DNA of 64,000 nucleotides from Alphaproteobacteria bacterium. GTDB taxonomy: Bacteria > Pseudomonadota > Alphaproteobacteria > JAQWUY01. The stretch's first letter is position 1, and each line of letters opens with the position of its first letter. The stretch is from positions 580,649 to 644,648 of the forward strand of contig OZ246977.1 of the NCBI GenBank assembly GCA_965232465.1. Direction: 5' to 3'. The notes under the pieces are model-generated. The model was given only the letters and a program-made list of their open reading frames with translations, was not told the origin of the DNA and ran no database searches. Positions 30,614 through 40,902 of the stretch are shown in pieces. The position numbers and the translations under genes were made by a program.

Positions 30614-31510
30614 TTATTTTGCGGTTGGGATATGTTTTGGATTTACCAATTGTACATGGCAAATCCGTCTGGGGTCGCTTTTTTCAATGACGAATTGTAA
30701 CCCAGAATGTTCGTGGGTAATCACTTCGCCCAAATTGGGTACCCGTGCACTGATAAATACTAACAATCCCCCTAGCGTGTCAAAATCTTCGTCTTTTTCA
30801 TCATCGGACAGCACCAATCCGAAAGTATTTTCTAAATCCACCAATTCCATACGGGTATCCATGCTGACGGTACCATCAGGATTTTCAATATACATCACTT
30901 CTTGGACATCGTGTTCATCAATAATATCGCCAACAATTTCTTCCACCACATCTTCAATGGTTACAAGCCCATCGACCCCTCCAAATTCATCGATAACAAT
31001 CGCCACATGTTGGCGATTTATCTGCATCTTCAGCATTAAATCCAATGCCCGCATACTAGGCACAACAAATATAACCGGTCTAAGCAAAGCGGTAATAGGT
31101 GTATGTTTTTTGGATATGGCGGATAACAGCATATCTTTAATATGCACCATGCCAATCACATTATCCAAATCACCATCATACACAGGATATCGGCTGTGGG
31201 GGTGTTGGGCAACAAAACGGGCGGACTTTTCCACCGACCATTTCGAATCCACTTGGCGTATCTGTGCCCTTGGAATCATAATATCTTTGACCGTACAATC
31301 CCCAATATTTAAAATATTTTTAATTAAGGCTTGTTCATCATGGCTGAGCGGTTCATCCCGTTCATCTTGTTCGATAAGTAAATTTTCCAAACTTTCACGA
31401 CGAACCCCATCGTTATTATCCCGTCCGATAAGGGACCTAAGCAATGCAAATACACCGCTGTTTTTTTGCGAAGGGGCGGTGGGGGGCTGCATATGTGATT
31501 CTGTGTTCAT
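30614..31510 (-). CDS. CorC/TlyC-family protein (CBS pair plus CorC_HlyC transporter-associated domain)
   Basis: It has tandem CBS domains and a C-terminal CorC_HlyC domain. It is positioned after ybeY as in the phoH-ybeY-corC operon. Confidence 0.8.
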   Translation of the reverse strand: MNTESHMQPPTAPSQKNSGVFALLRSLIGRDNNDGVRRESLENLLIEQDERDEPLSHDEQALIKNILNIGDCTVKDIMIPRAQIRQVDSKWSVEKSARFVAQHPHSRYPVYDGDLDNVIGMVHIKDMLLSAISKKHTPITALLRPVIFVVPSMRALDLMLKMQINRQHVAIVIDEFGGVDGLVTIEDVVEEIVGDIIDEHDVQEVMYIENPDGTVSMDTRMELVDLENTFGLVLSDDEKDEDFDTLGGLLVFISARVPNLGEVITHEHSGLQFVIEKSDPRRICHVQLVNPKHIPTAK

Positions 31511-31582
31511 ATATTTTGTAATGCTCCTAATGTATCATATGGGTATTTTATGATATTTTTATCAAATTGTAAAGGGGAGTAT

Positions 31583-32083
31583 TTACAAAGCATCCACCAA
31601 AGCGTTAAAATAGGGATCCCCAATCTGCATTTTTGCCAATATAAACCGTTCCAGATCTTCCATTTGTTCCGCTTTATCGTCTGTTTGATGGTCAAATCCA
31701 AGCAAATGCAACATACCATGCACCACCAAATGAATACAGTGGCTTAGCGGGGTTTTGCATTGGGTTTCTGATTGTTGAATCAAGGTATCGTATGATATTA
31801 TAATATCCCCCAAATTTTCCACCATATCCGCCATCATATACTTGTCACGGGCGGGAAAAGATAATACATTTGTCGGTTTGTCTGTGTGGCGGTATGTGTT
31901 GTTCAGGTCTTGGACAAATGAATCGTTTGCCAACACCACGGACACTTCGCACATCCCCATATCAAATAAGGCGATGGTGGTTTTAATGGCGTGCACGATA
32001 TGGGCGTGTAGCGAATCTTTTATCCCCCAGTCGTGCGTATTCCATGCGGGGTGTTGTATGGTGATATCGACAGTTATGGTCAT
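31583..32083 (-). CDS. ybeY: rRNA maturation endoribonuclease YbeY
   Basis: The sequence 'HGMLHLLGFDH' is the zinc-binding H-x3-H-x5-H motif. It is 166 aa. Confidence 0.85.
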   Translation of the reverse strand: MTITVDITIQHPAWNTHDWGIKDSLHAHIVHAIKTTIALFDMGMCEVSVVLANDSFVQDLNNTYRHTDKPTNVLSFPARDKYMMADMVENLGDIIISYDTLIQQSETQCKTPLSHCIHLVVHGMLHLLGFDHQTDDKAEQMEDLERFILAKMQIGDPYFNALVDAL

Positions 32084-32086
32084 GGC

Positions 32087-33034
32087 TTACTGTGTATCTG
32101 CGGTTTCGTATGCGGATACGATTTTGCCGACCAATGGATGCCGTACCACATCCGATGCTTGAAAATATGTGATATGTATATCGTTGATGTCGGATAATAA
32201 ATCGGTGGCTTGTCGCAACCCAGATATGACTCTGGGGGGTAAATCCACTTGCGATATATCACCGGTTATAACCATTTTTGTCCCCCGTCCCAATCGAGTT
32301 AAAAACATTTTCATTTGCATGCTAGTGGTATTTTGGGCTTCGTCCAAAATAACACAGGCATTTTTTAAGGTACGCCCACGCATATATGCAAGGGGGGCAA
32401 TTTCAATATCAGTACTTTCCATTTTACGATGTACCAAATCCACCGACATACAATCATATAACGCATCGTATATGGGGCGTAAATACGGATCGACTTTTTC
32501 TTTTAGGTCCCCCGGCAAAAACCCAAGATTTTCCCCCGCCTCAACCACCGGTCGGGTGATAATGATTTTATCCACATGATTACGATTTAACAACGACACA
32601 GCGTGTGCCACCGCTAAATATGTTTTTCCGGTACCCGCCGGTCCAATACCAAAACATAATGTATTGGATTGCATGGCTTGGATATACGATACCTGCCGTG
32701 GGGAACAGCCTTTAATCGTTTTTTGTGGGGTGATGATTTGGGCATTTGCAATATCACCCAATACATCCGATTCTGTGTGGGCAAAACGAAGGGCGGTGTC
32801 CACATCAGATGGGTCAATTTCACCTGTGGATTTTGCTTTGTCATGTAGAAATTTTATGGCATTTATAGCATGCCTGACCTGTACATCAATACCCGAAAAG
32901 GTTAACACACCGCCACGGCTGTGAATACGAATATTAAAATATTTTTCCAATTGGGATATGTGGCTGTTACAACACCCCATTACCAATGGTAACAATCGGT
33001 TATCTTGTATTTCAAAGCGTTCTGTGTATGGCAT
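32087..33034 (-). CDS. phoH: PhoH-like ATPase (YbeZ)
   Basis: It has the Walker A motif 'GPAGTGKTYLAVAHA' and PhoH family conservation. It is 315 aa. Confidence 0.85.
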   Translation of the reverse strand: MPYTERFEIQDNRLLPLVMGCCNSHISQLEKYFNIRIHSRGGVLTFSGIDVQVRHAINAIKFLHDKAKSTGEIDPSDVDTALRFAHTESDVLGDIANAQIITPQKTIKGCSPRQVSYIQAMQSNTLCFGIGPAGTGKTYLAVAHAVSLLNRNHVDKIIITRPVVEAGENLGFLPGDLKEKVDPYLRPIYDALYDCMSVDLVHRKMESTDIEIAPLAYMRGRTLKNACVILDEAQNTTSMQMKMFLTRLGRGTKMVITGDISQVDLPPRVISGLRQATDLLSDINDIHITYFQASDVVRHPLVGKIVSAYETADTQ

Positions 33035-33337
33035 ATGTTTATAAAATGTAGGCTCTACTATTTTGGCTTATTTATTTTTTCCATAAACTATGTAATACCA
33101 CATTTAAATCGTTTTGTCTATTATTAAACCGCCACCGCCACTTTTTTAAGTGAAAAATGAACATATCATCGGTTTGTTTAAGGATTTTCCTATTTTCCTA
33201 ATTGACAAACTATAGAGAAGATGGTACAGTGCACTGGTTGTGTGTATTTTGCTTGCGATTACATGCAATTTTACATATGTTAACTCAGAAGTATTAAGAG
33301 AGTTGTATGGATCCCAATGTTGTGCTATTATGGGTAA

Positions 33338-33748
33338 ATGCGTTTGTCATTTATGTGTTGTGGGTTACCTTTTCAGGGGTATTTAAAAAGCCACCCGAAT
33401 CTAAAACCGGTGTGCGAGACTGGTTTAAATCAAGCCTGTTTGTGTCGATTTTTTAGCAAAGAAAAACGGGATATTATTTTTCATAATGTGGTAACTCTGA
33501 TAGCGTTTATTTTACCGATGTTTGTATCCCGTTATGTGGTTACCTTTGTCCCGAATATCGTGGAAGTGTTACACTCTGCATTTAATCTGCAATATGCTTT
33601 TATCATTAAAGGTGTTATATTTTATATATTGGCAATTTTACCATTTATTGGATTTCACATACTGTTTGTCATATCCCCTATTTTTAAATGGCTGAGTATT
33701 ATAATTTTGTTGGTAATTCCCTTGATCAAAAGGTTTAGCCGCAGGTAA
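33338..33748 (+). CDS. Hypothetical small membrane protein; the start is uncertain
   Basis: It has a hydrophobic C-terminal two-thirds and lies 36 bp upstream of the tandem-repeat protein gene. Coding status is unverified. Confidence 0.25.
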   Translation: MRLSFMCCGLPFQGYLKSHPNLKPVCETGLNQACLCRFFSKEKRDIIFHNVVTLIAFILPMFVSRYVVTFVPNIVEVLHSAFNLQYAFIIKGVIFYILAILPFIGFHILFVISPIFKWLSIIILLVIPLIKRFSRR

Positions 33749-33784
33749 AAAAGTTGTATTTAAATTTGTACAAGAAAGAGAATT

Positions 33785-34579
33785 ATGTTTAAGAGAATGA
33801 AAAAAATGGTGTCAGGTGTGGGCAAAACTGTTGGTAAAACCGCATCAAGCGTAGCCGATACAGCCGGCACTGTGGCATCAGGTATAGGTAAAACCGCCAG
33901 TAAGACCGTATCAAGTGTAGCCGATACAGCCGGCACTGTGGCATCAGGTATAGGTAAAACCGCCAGTAAGACCGCATCAAGTGTAGCCGATACAGCCGGC
34001 ACTGTGGCATCCAGCGTAGGTAAAACCGCCAGTAAGACAGCATCAAGCGTAGCCGATACAGCCGGTACTGTGGCATCAGGTATAGGTAAAACCGCCAGTA
34101 AGACCGCATCAAGCGTAGCCGATACAGCCGGTACTGTGGCATCAGGTATAGGTAAAACCGCCAATAAGACCGCATCAAGTGTAGCCGATACAGCCGGCAC
34201 TGTGGCATCAGGTATAGGTAAAACCGCCAGTAAGACCGCATCAAGTGTAGCCGATACAGCCGGCACTGTGGCATCCAGCGTAGGTAAAACCGCCAGTAAG
34301 ACCGCATCAAGCGTAGCCGATACAGCCGGTACTGTGGCATCCAGCGTAGGCAAAACCGCCAGTAAAACCGCATCAAGTGTGGCAGATACAGCAGGCAATG
34401 TAGCAACCAGCGTAGGCAAAACCGCTAGTAAGATCGCATCAAGTGTAACCGATACAGCTGGTACTGTGGCATCAGGTATAGGCAAGACCGCAAAGGATGA
34501 TGGCAATAAAAATACAGAAAATCAATCATCGCCCACACAATGGGTATATCAGAAAGTTTGTGTAAGTAGACTTTATTAA
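33785..34579 (+). CDS. Tandem-repeat protein with about ten 22-aa repeats (consensus ASSVADTAGTVASGIGKTASKT); the 3' end runs into the IS256 terminal repeat
   Basis: The plus frame is open across the whole array. It has a Met start after a purine-rich Shine-Dalgarno and a Lys-rich N-terminus. The last 9 codons (QKVCVSRLY*) lie inside the IS256 left inverted repeat. Confidence 0.55.
   Translation: MFKRMKKMVSGVGKTVGKTASSVADTAGTVASGIGKTASKTVSSVADTAGTVASGIGKTASKTASSVADTAGTVASSVGKTASKTASSVADTAGTVASGIGKTASKTASSVADTAGTVASGIGKTANKTASSVADTAGTVASGIGKTASKTASSVADTAGTVASSVGKTASKTASSVADTAGTVASSVGKTASKTASSVADTAGNVATSVGKTASKIASSVTDTAGTVASGIGKTAKDDGNKNTENQSSPTQWVYQKVCVSRLY
33838..34492. repeat. 66-bp tandem repeat array, about 9.9 copies, more than 90% identical
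   Basis: The unit is 'accgcatcaagcgtagccgatacagccggcactgtggcatcaggtataggtaaaaccgccagtaag'. It explains the long spurious ORFs on the opposite strand. Confidence 0.95.
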
Positions 34580-35908
34580 CCATGTGTTATATTGGGAATA
34601 TTCCCAATATAACACATACAAAATTAAGGAGACTTACTTATGACTAAAAGAACCAAGAAGTTAAATACTAGACCAGAGATTAACCCTGATTTGATCAAGC
34701 AACTATTGCAACAAGCCGAAGGGCAGGAATTGTTTGGTGCTGATGGCTTTTTTCAATCTTTGAAACAAAGCCTTGCCAACGGTATCCTTGACGGGGAAAT
34801 GGAACATCACCTTGGCTATCAAAAGCATGATAAATCCCCCAAAAGTACTACAAATCGCCGTAATGGACATTACTCCAAAACCATTATCAGTGACAATGAT
34901 AGTTTAAATTTACGCATACCACGGGACAGAGATAACAATTATGAACCCCAGTTTATTCCAAAAAATGCTCGGCGATTTGATGGCTTTGATGATAAAGTTA
35001 TATCCATGTACGCCCGTGGCATGACTATGCGGGAAATTCAGCAGTATATTTATGAGATTTATGGAACAGAAGTGTCCCATGAATTGATTTCAACTGTTAC
35101 GGACAAAGTCATAGACGACATCAACGCATGGCAAAACAGACCGCTTAATAGTATTTATCCCATTGTTTATCTGGACTGTATACACATTAAAACCCGTGAC
35201 ACCCATGTTATTATCAACAAGGCGGTTTACCTAGCTGTGGGCATCAATATGGAAGGCAAAAAAGAAGTACTTGGCATGTGGATTGCCAAAACCGAAGGGG
35301 CTAAGTTTTGGTTACAAGTGATAACAGAACTTAAAAACCGTGGCGTTACTGATATATTCATAGCCTGTATCGATGGACTAACTGGATTTGAAGACGCCAT
35401 CTGTTCCGTATTTCCACAAACCACCGTGCAGCTGTGTATTGTGCATATGGTACGCAACAGCCTAAAATTCGTCCCTTGGAAAGATAAAAAGCAAGTGGCT
35501 GATGATTTAAAAGCCATTTATAACGCTTCATCTGAGGACATGGCATTGCAACAGTTAAAGGCATTTCGGCAAAAATGGGACAGTACATATCCAACCATCG
35601 CCAGCAGTTGGCAGAAAAAGTGGGCGAGTATAGCACCGTGTCTAGCCTATCCCGAGCATATTAAAAAGGTCATTTATACCACAAACACCATAGAATCCAT
35701 CAATCGGCAGATTAGAAAAATCATTAAAAACAAAGGGGTATTCCCAAATGATACGGCTGTCAAAAAATCTTTATTTTTAGCCTTGCAAAATGCAGAAAAA
35801 AGATGGACAATGCCCATTAGGAATTGGAAACAAGCTTTAAACCAATTCGCTATTATGTTTGACGATAGAGTTAAACTTTAAAATACTATTTACACAAACT
35901 TTCTGATA
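34546..35908 (+). mobile_element. Intact IS256-family insertion sequence
   Basis: The inverted repeats are 'cagaaagtttgtgtaagtagac…' on the left and '…tatttacacaaactttctga' on the right. There is a single 413-aa transposase at 34640..35881. Confidence 0.85.
34640..35881 (+). CDS. IS256-family transposase (mutator type)
   Basis: It is 413 aa with the conserved DDE region of IS256/MULE transposases (…YLDCIHIKTRD…, …ACIDGLTGF…, …ESINRQIRK…). Confidence 0.9.
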   Translation: MTKRTKKLNTRPEINPDLIKQLLQQAEGQELFGADGFFQSLKQSLANGILDGEMEHHLGYQKHDKSPKSTTNRRNGHYSKTIISDNDSLNLRIPRDRDNNYEPQFIPKNARRFDGFDDKVISMYARGMTMREIQQYIYEIYGTEVSHELISTVTDKVIDDINAWQNRPLNSIYPIVYLDCIHIKTRDTHVIINKAVYLAVGINMEGKKEVLGMWIAKTEGAKFWLQVITELKNRGVTDIFIACIDGLTGFEDAICSVFPQTTVQLCIVHMVRNSLKFVPWKDKKQVADDLKAIYNASSEDMALQQLKAFRQKWDSTYPTIASSWQKKWASIAPCLAYPEHIKKVIYTTNTIESINRQIRKIIKNKGVFPNDTAVKKSLFLALQNAEKRWTMPIRNWKQALNQFAIMFDDRVKL

Positions 35909-36458
35909 GCCTCCACACAATCTGTATTACAAGATACACACAAAATTGTCTATGTTTTAATGTATTGGTCTAACGCCATAATTCTATATGCTATTTTTAT
36001 CGAAATGCATGTGCGAAGCACAGATGGTCCCGAATGGTGGCAATCTTTTGTAAAAATATGGCATTTAATAACATATATAATCCCACTTGTCATAACTGCT
36101 ACCATGGGCAAATACATATGGAACGCCTTAAATACATGCCGTTCACTTACAAGGCGATGCCTATATTTTGAAATAGCTTTAATTACAATATTTACAATTT
36201 TTTATCTGTTGTACACATATACACCATTTGACACCATTACCATAAATATTCTTACACGCATTGGTAATTTATAAGGCTCTAGACTATTTTGACTTATTAT
36301 AATATCTATTGATAGTATTACGATTTATTCCAAGTAAACGACCCGTTTTCGTAGCGTCAATGTTAGCCCCAAATATTTTACTATGTAAACGCCATTCAAA
36401 GCTTAAAAAAAATGATATTCATCTTAAACATGGTATTATATTTAAGGAGGAAAAATAT

Positions 36459-37082
36459 ATGGTACACATAGACAAACACATATTGATTGACACCATTAAA
36501 CAGCACGCCTACGGTAAATCCCGTATATTGGTGGCGATTGTTGGGGCACCAGCATCGGGGAAATCTACTTTGGCGGAATCTTTGCAACATGCATTAGGGG
36601 AAAACAGTTGTGTGTTGCCTATGGATGGTTTTCACTTGGATAATACTATTTTAAAGAACAGGGGAATATTCCACCGTAAAGGGGCCCCATATACTTTTGA
36701 TGTGACAGGGTTTACACAATTGGTCAAGAACATAAAACAAACAACAGGGGATATTTTTCACCCCACTTTTGATCGCAGTAAGGATCGTGTGATACCTGAT
36801 TCAGCGTGCATATCCTCAACAGCAAAATACATTATCGCCGAAGGCAACTATTTACTGTTAAATACGAATGGCTGGGCGGATGTTATCGATTTATGGGATA
36901 TAAGCGTATACTTACAAGTTCCTGAACACATCCTATACAGTCGTCTAATAGGAAGATGGCTGTATTATGGATTGTCCCACACCGATGCAGTAAAACGGGC
37001 GGAAAGCAATGATTTAAAAAATGTCAAAACTATTATAAAAGACTCTGCCCCTGCGGATTATACACTGGTCCTTAGCAAATAA
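36459..37082 (+). CDS. P-loop nucleoside/sugar kinase-like protein (FrcK-like 'fructose transport system kinase' family)
   Basis: It has the Walker A motif 'IVGAPASGKSTLAE'. It is about 207 aa from the MVHIDKH start, which has an AAGGAGG Shine-Dalgarno. It has a uridine-kinase/FrcK-like fold. Confidence 0.6.
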   Translation: MVHIDKHILIDTIKQHAYGKSRILVAIVGAPASGKSTLAESLQHALGENSCVLPMDGFHLDNTILKNRGIFHRKGAPYTFDVTGFTQLVKNIKQTTGDIFHPTFDRSKDRVIPDSACISSTAKYIIAEGNYLLLNTNGWADVIDLWDISVYLQVPEHILYSRLIGRWLYYGLSHTDAVKRAESNDLKNVKTIIKDSAPADYTLVLSK

Positions 37083-37177
37083 CCCCGCTGATTTTTCATG
37101 GAAATCTGGATGTTAGGCACAGTTATCCCTTTGGGGGAGGCTAGGTGAAAAGAAGTAGCTCTTGGGAATACTGCGTA

Positions 37178-38425
37178 TTATTGCACCCATCCGGTAGCTT
37201 GATAATAGCGGTGTATAGATTGCTGAATCTTCTTTTCCACAATTTTATGTGCAGAATACTCTCTCTCTAAATCCATATCATTACAGTATTGATTTATTAA
37301 AGAAATAGGTATTTGCGTATTTTCTAAGTTTGTAAACAATTTTTGCAATGCTTGCTGTACAGAGGGATAATCCCAATAATATCGTATTCTGTCACTAAAA
37401 CTATATATTTTAAAAAATTCAATTTCTTCTTGTGTTCCTTGATAATAAGATTGCCAATCTTTGGGATTATCCTGCATGACCTTAGCAATGGTGTCCATAA
37501 TATGACTAGGAGATTTTATCCCCAATGTCTTTTCTATATTACTGAGGATAATGATGGCTTCCCTCAATTTAAAGGTTAATTCGGGTCCAACTTTTAAAAT
37601 AGCCGAATAATCAGCAACTAAAGCTCGCAAGTTTTCTGTGTTCTGATAATCGGTGGAATGTGCTTCAAAAGAAAATTGCTTGTGCTTTGTCAAGGCTTGT
37701 GTCAACTTCTTGGACTTTGCAGTGTCATAATGAATAATATCATTATTAGAAAAATCAACCCCCGGCTGAACCACCACAGCAACCGCCCGTTTTAATCCAT
37801 GATCCAGTCCCCTGTTTGCAAACGCATACTGATGCGTTTTAATAGTCTCGTCAAGTCGCTTTGGTGTGGTAATTGCAATACTCGACATATCGTCAGTTTC
37901 ACCCCCTGGAACGGGCACCTCGGTGCCGATGACATAGCATAATTTGTCTGCATCAGGGGCGTATTTTTCTGCCACCTCACACAATTGAGCCGATCGGTCT
38001 GCTACCATATCAAAACTGAGTGGGGCTTCACCGCCACATGCCATACTGGCGTCTAAGTGTATTTTGGTAAAACCCGCCTCGACAAAATTTTGAATCAAAT
38101 CCTTTGCGTGTTGCATGGCAATATCAGCATTTTCAGATTTCCATGGATTGGGACCTAGATGGTCGCCACCCAAAATGATATTGCCTATATCCACCCCATA
38201 ACGCTTGGCTTTTTGCCTAATTTTATCGGCAAAATCCTTAGGTTTCATACCACTATATCCGTTAAATTGATTCACTTGATTACAAGTTGCCTCAATCAAA
38301 AGTGGGACTTGATAGTCTTTGGCATAGGCAAACAAAGCATCCATAACAAAAGTGTTTGATGTACAAAAACTTGGAATACCGATTTTTTCATGGTTGCGGT
38401 TTCGTATACCTATATTTTGAATCAT
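37178..38425 (-). CDS. GatZ/KbaZ-family protein (candidate D-tagatose-6-phosphate 4-epimerase or tagatose-bisphosphate aldolase accessory subunit)
   Basis: It is 415 aa. The N-terminus '…IGIPSFCTSNTFVMDALFAYAKDYQVPLLIEATCNQVNQ' matches the GatZ/KbaZ signature. It overlaps the upstream PfkB kinase by 4 nt. Confidence 0.7.
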   Translation of the reverse strand: MIQNIGIRNRNHEKIGIPSFCTSNTFVMDALFAYAKDYQVPLLIEATCNQVNQFNGYSGMKPKDFADKIRQKAKRYGVDIGNIILGGDHLGPNPWKSENADIAMQHAKDLIQNFVEAGFTKIHLDASMACGGEAPLSFDMVADRSAQLCEVAEKYAPDADKLCYVIGTEVPVPGGETDDMSSIAITTPKRLDETIKTHQYAFANRGLDHGLKRAVAVVVQPGVDFSNNDIIHYDTAKSKKLTQALTKHKQFSFEAHSTDYQNTENLRALVADYSAILKVGPELTFKLREAIIILSNIEKTLGIKSPSHIMDTIAKVMQDNPKDWQSYYQGTQEEIEFFKIYSFSDRIRYYWDYPSVQQALQKLFTNLENTQIPISLINQYCNDMDLEREYSAHKIVEKKIQQSIHRYYQATGWVQ

Positions 38426-39348
38426 ATGCCTTGTCCATGCTGAATAAATTTTTTGATAGTTTCCAAAGTCGGATTATATTCCATAGGTCCCACTTTTGTC
38501 ACATGTAACGCCCCCGCCCCATTGGCATATTTTAGGGCATCTTCTATGGACACACCGCATTCAATAGCCCCCAAAAATGCACCACAAAAACAATCGCCCG
38601 CCCCTGTTGGGTCAACCTCGGCAACAATATGCCCCGATAAATCAAAAATGGTATCCACTGTACCCCCTATCACCCCTAATGATCCCCGTTTAATGGCAAC
38701 AATTTCCTTGCCCGATTGAAACATTTTATCTATAACTACATCATAGGAGGTGTTGGGAAACAAAAAGTCCACATCATCTGCACTGGGAACAAAAATATCC
38801 GTTTTTTCCAAGATATAAAACAAAGCATTGCGGGTATTATCATCATTGATAAGCTCTTTGCGAATATTGGGGTCAAAACTGACTTTACCATGGATACTTG
38901 CTTCTTCCACTAACTGTAAAATCACAGAGCGGATTTTTGCATTCCCTAATGATGCCCCAGACACATGTACTTTATCACCTTTGTTGAAGCACCCCTCTTG
39001 GTAGTGAATATCATCAGCAGCGGTGCCATCTAGGTGAAATACAAAAATACGATCCCCATTGTCATAATAAGATACAAACGCTGTTCCTGTTGTATGTATC
39101 GCATGAGTGCGAATAAACGATACATCAACCCCATCTTTTTCTAGACGATCGGTGATGACCATACCAAAAGGATCCTTGCCAATGGTGCCAATCATGCAAG
39201 ACTCCGCCCCCATCTGTGCCACCTGATTAGCAAAAATAGCCGCTGCTCCACTAGGAAATGGTCCCGAAAAAGTGGTTTTTTGCCGTAACCCGCAATTTTT
39301 TTTGAAGGATACAAACTCCACCAATAATTCGCCAGCTGTTATTATCAT
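38422..39348 (-). CDS. PfkB-family sugar kinase (fructokinase/tagatose kinase-like)
   Basis: It has the ribokinase-like fold with the C-terminal 'DPTGAGDCFCGAFL' anion-hole motif. It is 308 aa. Confidence 0.8.
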   Translation of the reverse strand: MIITAGELLVEFVSFKKNCGLRQKTTFSGPFPSGAAAIFANQVAQMGAESCMIGTIGKDPFGMVITDRLEKDGVDVSFIRTHAIHTTGTAFVSYYDNGDRIFVFHLDGTAADDIHYQEGCFNKGDKVHVSGASLGNAKIRSVILQLVEEASIHGKVSFDPNIRKELINDDNTRNALFYILEKTDIFVPSADDVDFLFPNTSYDVVIDKMFQSGKEIVAIKRGSLGVIGGTVDTIFDLSGHIVAEVDPTGAGDCFCGAFLGAIECGVSIEDALKYANGAGALHVTKVGPMEYNPTLETIKKFIQHGQGI

Positions 39349-39396
39349 TTTATCTTTTTGCCCTTTCGTCCTTTTGCATTGTTTCGCGTTTAAGCC

Positions 39397-40869
39397 TTAA
39401 TAATGTTCCAAAATATACTGTTGTAGTGTTTTTTCAACACCTTGTTGCCAAATCATGTCTAGCCACATAGAAAAAGTATCTTTAAGTGTTTGTGATTGCC
39501 CCCATTTTCCATAAATATGATGCATTCGTAGCCACACGGCAGGATTGTTTTTTGCTAGTTGTGATTGATGTTGCAAATACGCCCAATTGGGATCATTGGG
39601 CTCAATCACTTGCTCTGTTTCGGTTATGCCATAACAGTACCGACACCACATGGCAGAAGATAAGGCAAGACCTGCAATACTTTGATTTTGTTCCAATCTT
39701 TCCGCAATAGACGGCACAATAAATTTTGGTTGTCGGTTCGATCCATCAAAACATAACCGCCGACTAGTATCGGCAATCTTATCGTTTAACAAACGGTTTT
39801 CCACAATGGTATAATATTTATCCGGAGACATATCCACAATAGACGGCACAAGGGGGCAAATTTCTTCTTTTTCTACTTTTCTAATAAAATCACGGATACA
39901 TGTATGGTTTATGGCATCATGAACAAAATTAATATCTAATAAAGCAGACGGGTACGCCAAAACGGCATGCCCCCCATTCAAAATACGAATCTTCATTTTT
40001 TCATAATCGCTCACATCATCGACTAATTTTACACCAACGGTTTCCAGTGGCGGGCGTCCCATACTAAACGAATCTTCTAATACCCATTGGTGAAAGTGTT
40101 CACAAAATACAGGTTTTTCATCCATAATACCGTATTGGTTTTTAACAAAATCTTTTTCTCTTGCCCCAGTGGCACAGGTGATACAATCAACCATACTGTT
40201 GGGAAAAGCCACATTTTCAGCAATCCAATTTTCTAGCCTCTGATCCAGAAAACCAGCAAGTTGCATCACCACATTACGGATAATATTACCATTGTGAGGC
40301 AAATTATCACAGGACATCACTGTAAATGGAGGAATACTGTTTTGCCACCGTTTTTCCAATGCCTTTACAATAAAACCAAACACGGTCTTAGGGGTATCGG
40401 GGTTTTCGATGTCATGTTGAATATGCGGGTGGGTGGTATCAAAATTGTCATTAGCATCTAAAAAATACCCCCCTTCTGTTACCGTTAAAGACACAATACA
40501 AATATCTGGATTGGTTAATCTGCGGATTATGGCGGTGCCATCATTGGGGGAAATAAAATCTACCATCCCCCCCAAAATCGACACATCCAAACTATCAGGG
40601 CTTTGACATACCAATGTTGTTAAATAATCTTGTTGCTTTAAAATGTGATGGGTTTTTATATCGTGTTCTGTAACGCCCGTACCAATAATCCCCCAATTAT
40701 GTGCTTTGCCCTGATTAAACAACTGGTTCAAGTACCACTGCATATGCGAACGGTGAAAATTACCAACGCCAAAATGCACAATAGCCGGTTTTATATCCCC
40801 CTGAGTATATTTGGGAACAGCCACATCATCGTTGAAATAGGGTAAGTTTTTATAGGATAGTTTTCTCAT
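39397..40869 (-). CDS. Long-chain mannitol-dehydrogenase-family polyol dehydrogenase (mannitol 2-DH / D-arabinitol 4-DH / altritol DH-like)
   Basis: It is 490 aa with an N-terminal Rossmann fold 'IVHFGVGNFHRSH' and the C-terminal domain typical of the mannitol dehydrogenase family. Confidence 0.8.
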   Translation of the reverse strand: MRKLSYKNLPYFNDDVAVPKYTQGDIKPAIVHFGVGNFHRSHMQWYLNQLFNQGKAHNWGIIGTGVTEHDIKTHHILKQQDYLTTLVCQSPDSLDVSILGGMVDFISPNDGTAIIRRLTNPDICIVSLTVTEGGYFLDANDNFDTTHPHIQHDIENPDTPKTVFGFIVKALEKRWQNSIPPFTVMSCDNLPHNGNIIRNVVMQLAGFLDQRLENWIAENVAFPNSMVDCITCATGAREKDFVKNQYGIMDEKPVFCEHFHQWVLEDSFSMGRPPLETVGVKLVDDVSDYEKMKIRILNGGHAVLAYPSALLDINFVHDAINHTCIRDFIRKVEKEEICPLVPSIVDMSPDKYYTIVENRLLNDKIADTSRRLCFDGSNRQPKFIVPSIAERLEQNQSIAGLALSSAMWCRYCYGITETEQVIEPNDPNWAYLQHQSQLAKNNPAVWLRMHHIYGKWGQSQTLKDTFSMWLDMIWQQGVEKTLQQYILEHY

Positions 40870-40902
40870 ATGGTACCTGCTATATTATTATTGAAATTTT
40901 GA

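Noticed and set aside
33838-34492. Possible CRISPR array, suggested by the regular 66-bp periodicity
   Set aside because: The units are contiguous, with no unique spacers between them, and lie in frame in a protein-coding ORF. This is a coding tandem repeat, not a CRISPR array.
33760-34506. Long minus-strand ORFs (248 aa and 205 aa) across the 66-bp tandem array
   Set aside because: They are the same repeats read on the opposite strand. The plus frame has a Met start with a Shine-Dalgarno and extends beyond the array on both sides, so it is preferred. The minus-strand ORFs are artefacts of the repeat periodicity.
35960-36274. 104-aa ORF between IS256 and the frcK-like kinase
   Set aside because: It is AT-rich, has no Shine-Dalgarno and has odd composition. 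It is probably intergenic or a remnant of whatever the IS256 disrupted. It is not in frame with the repeat-protein gene.
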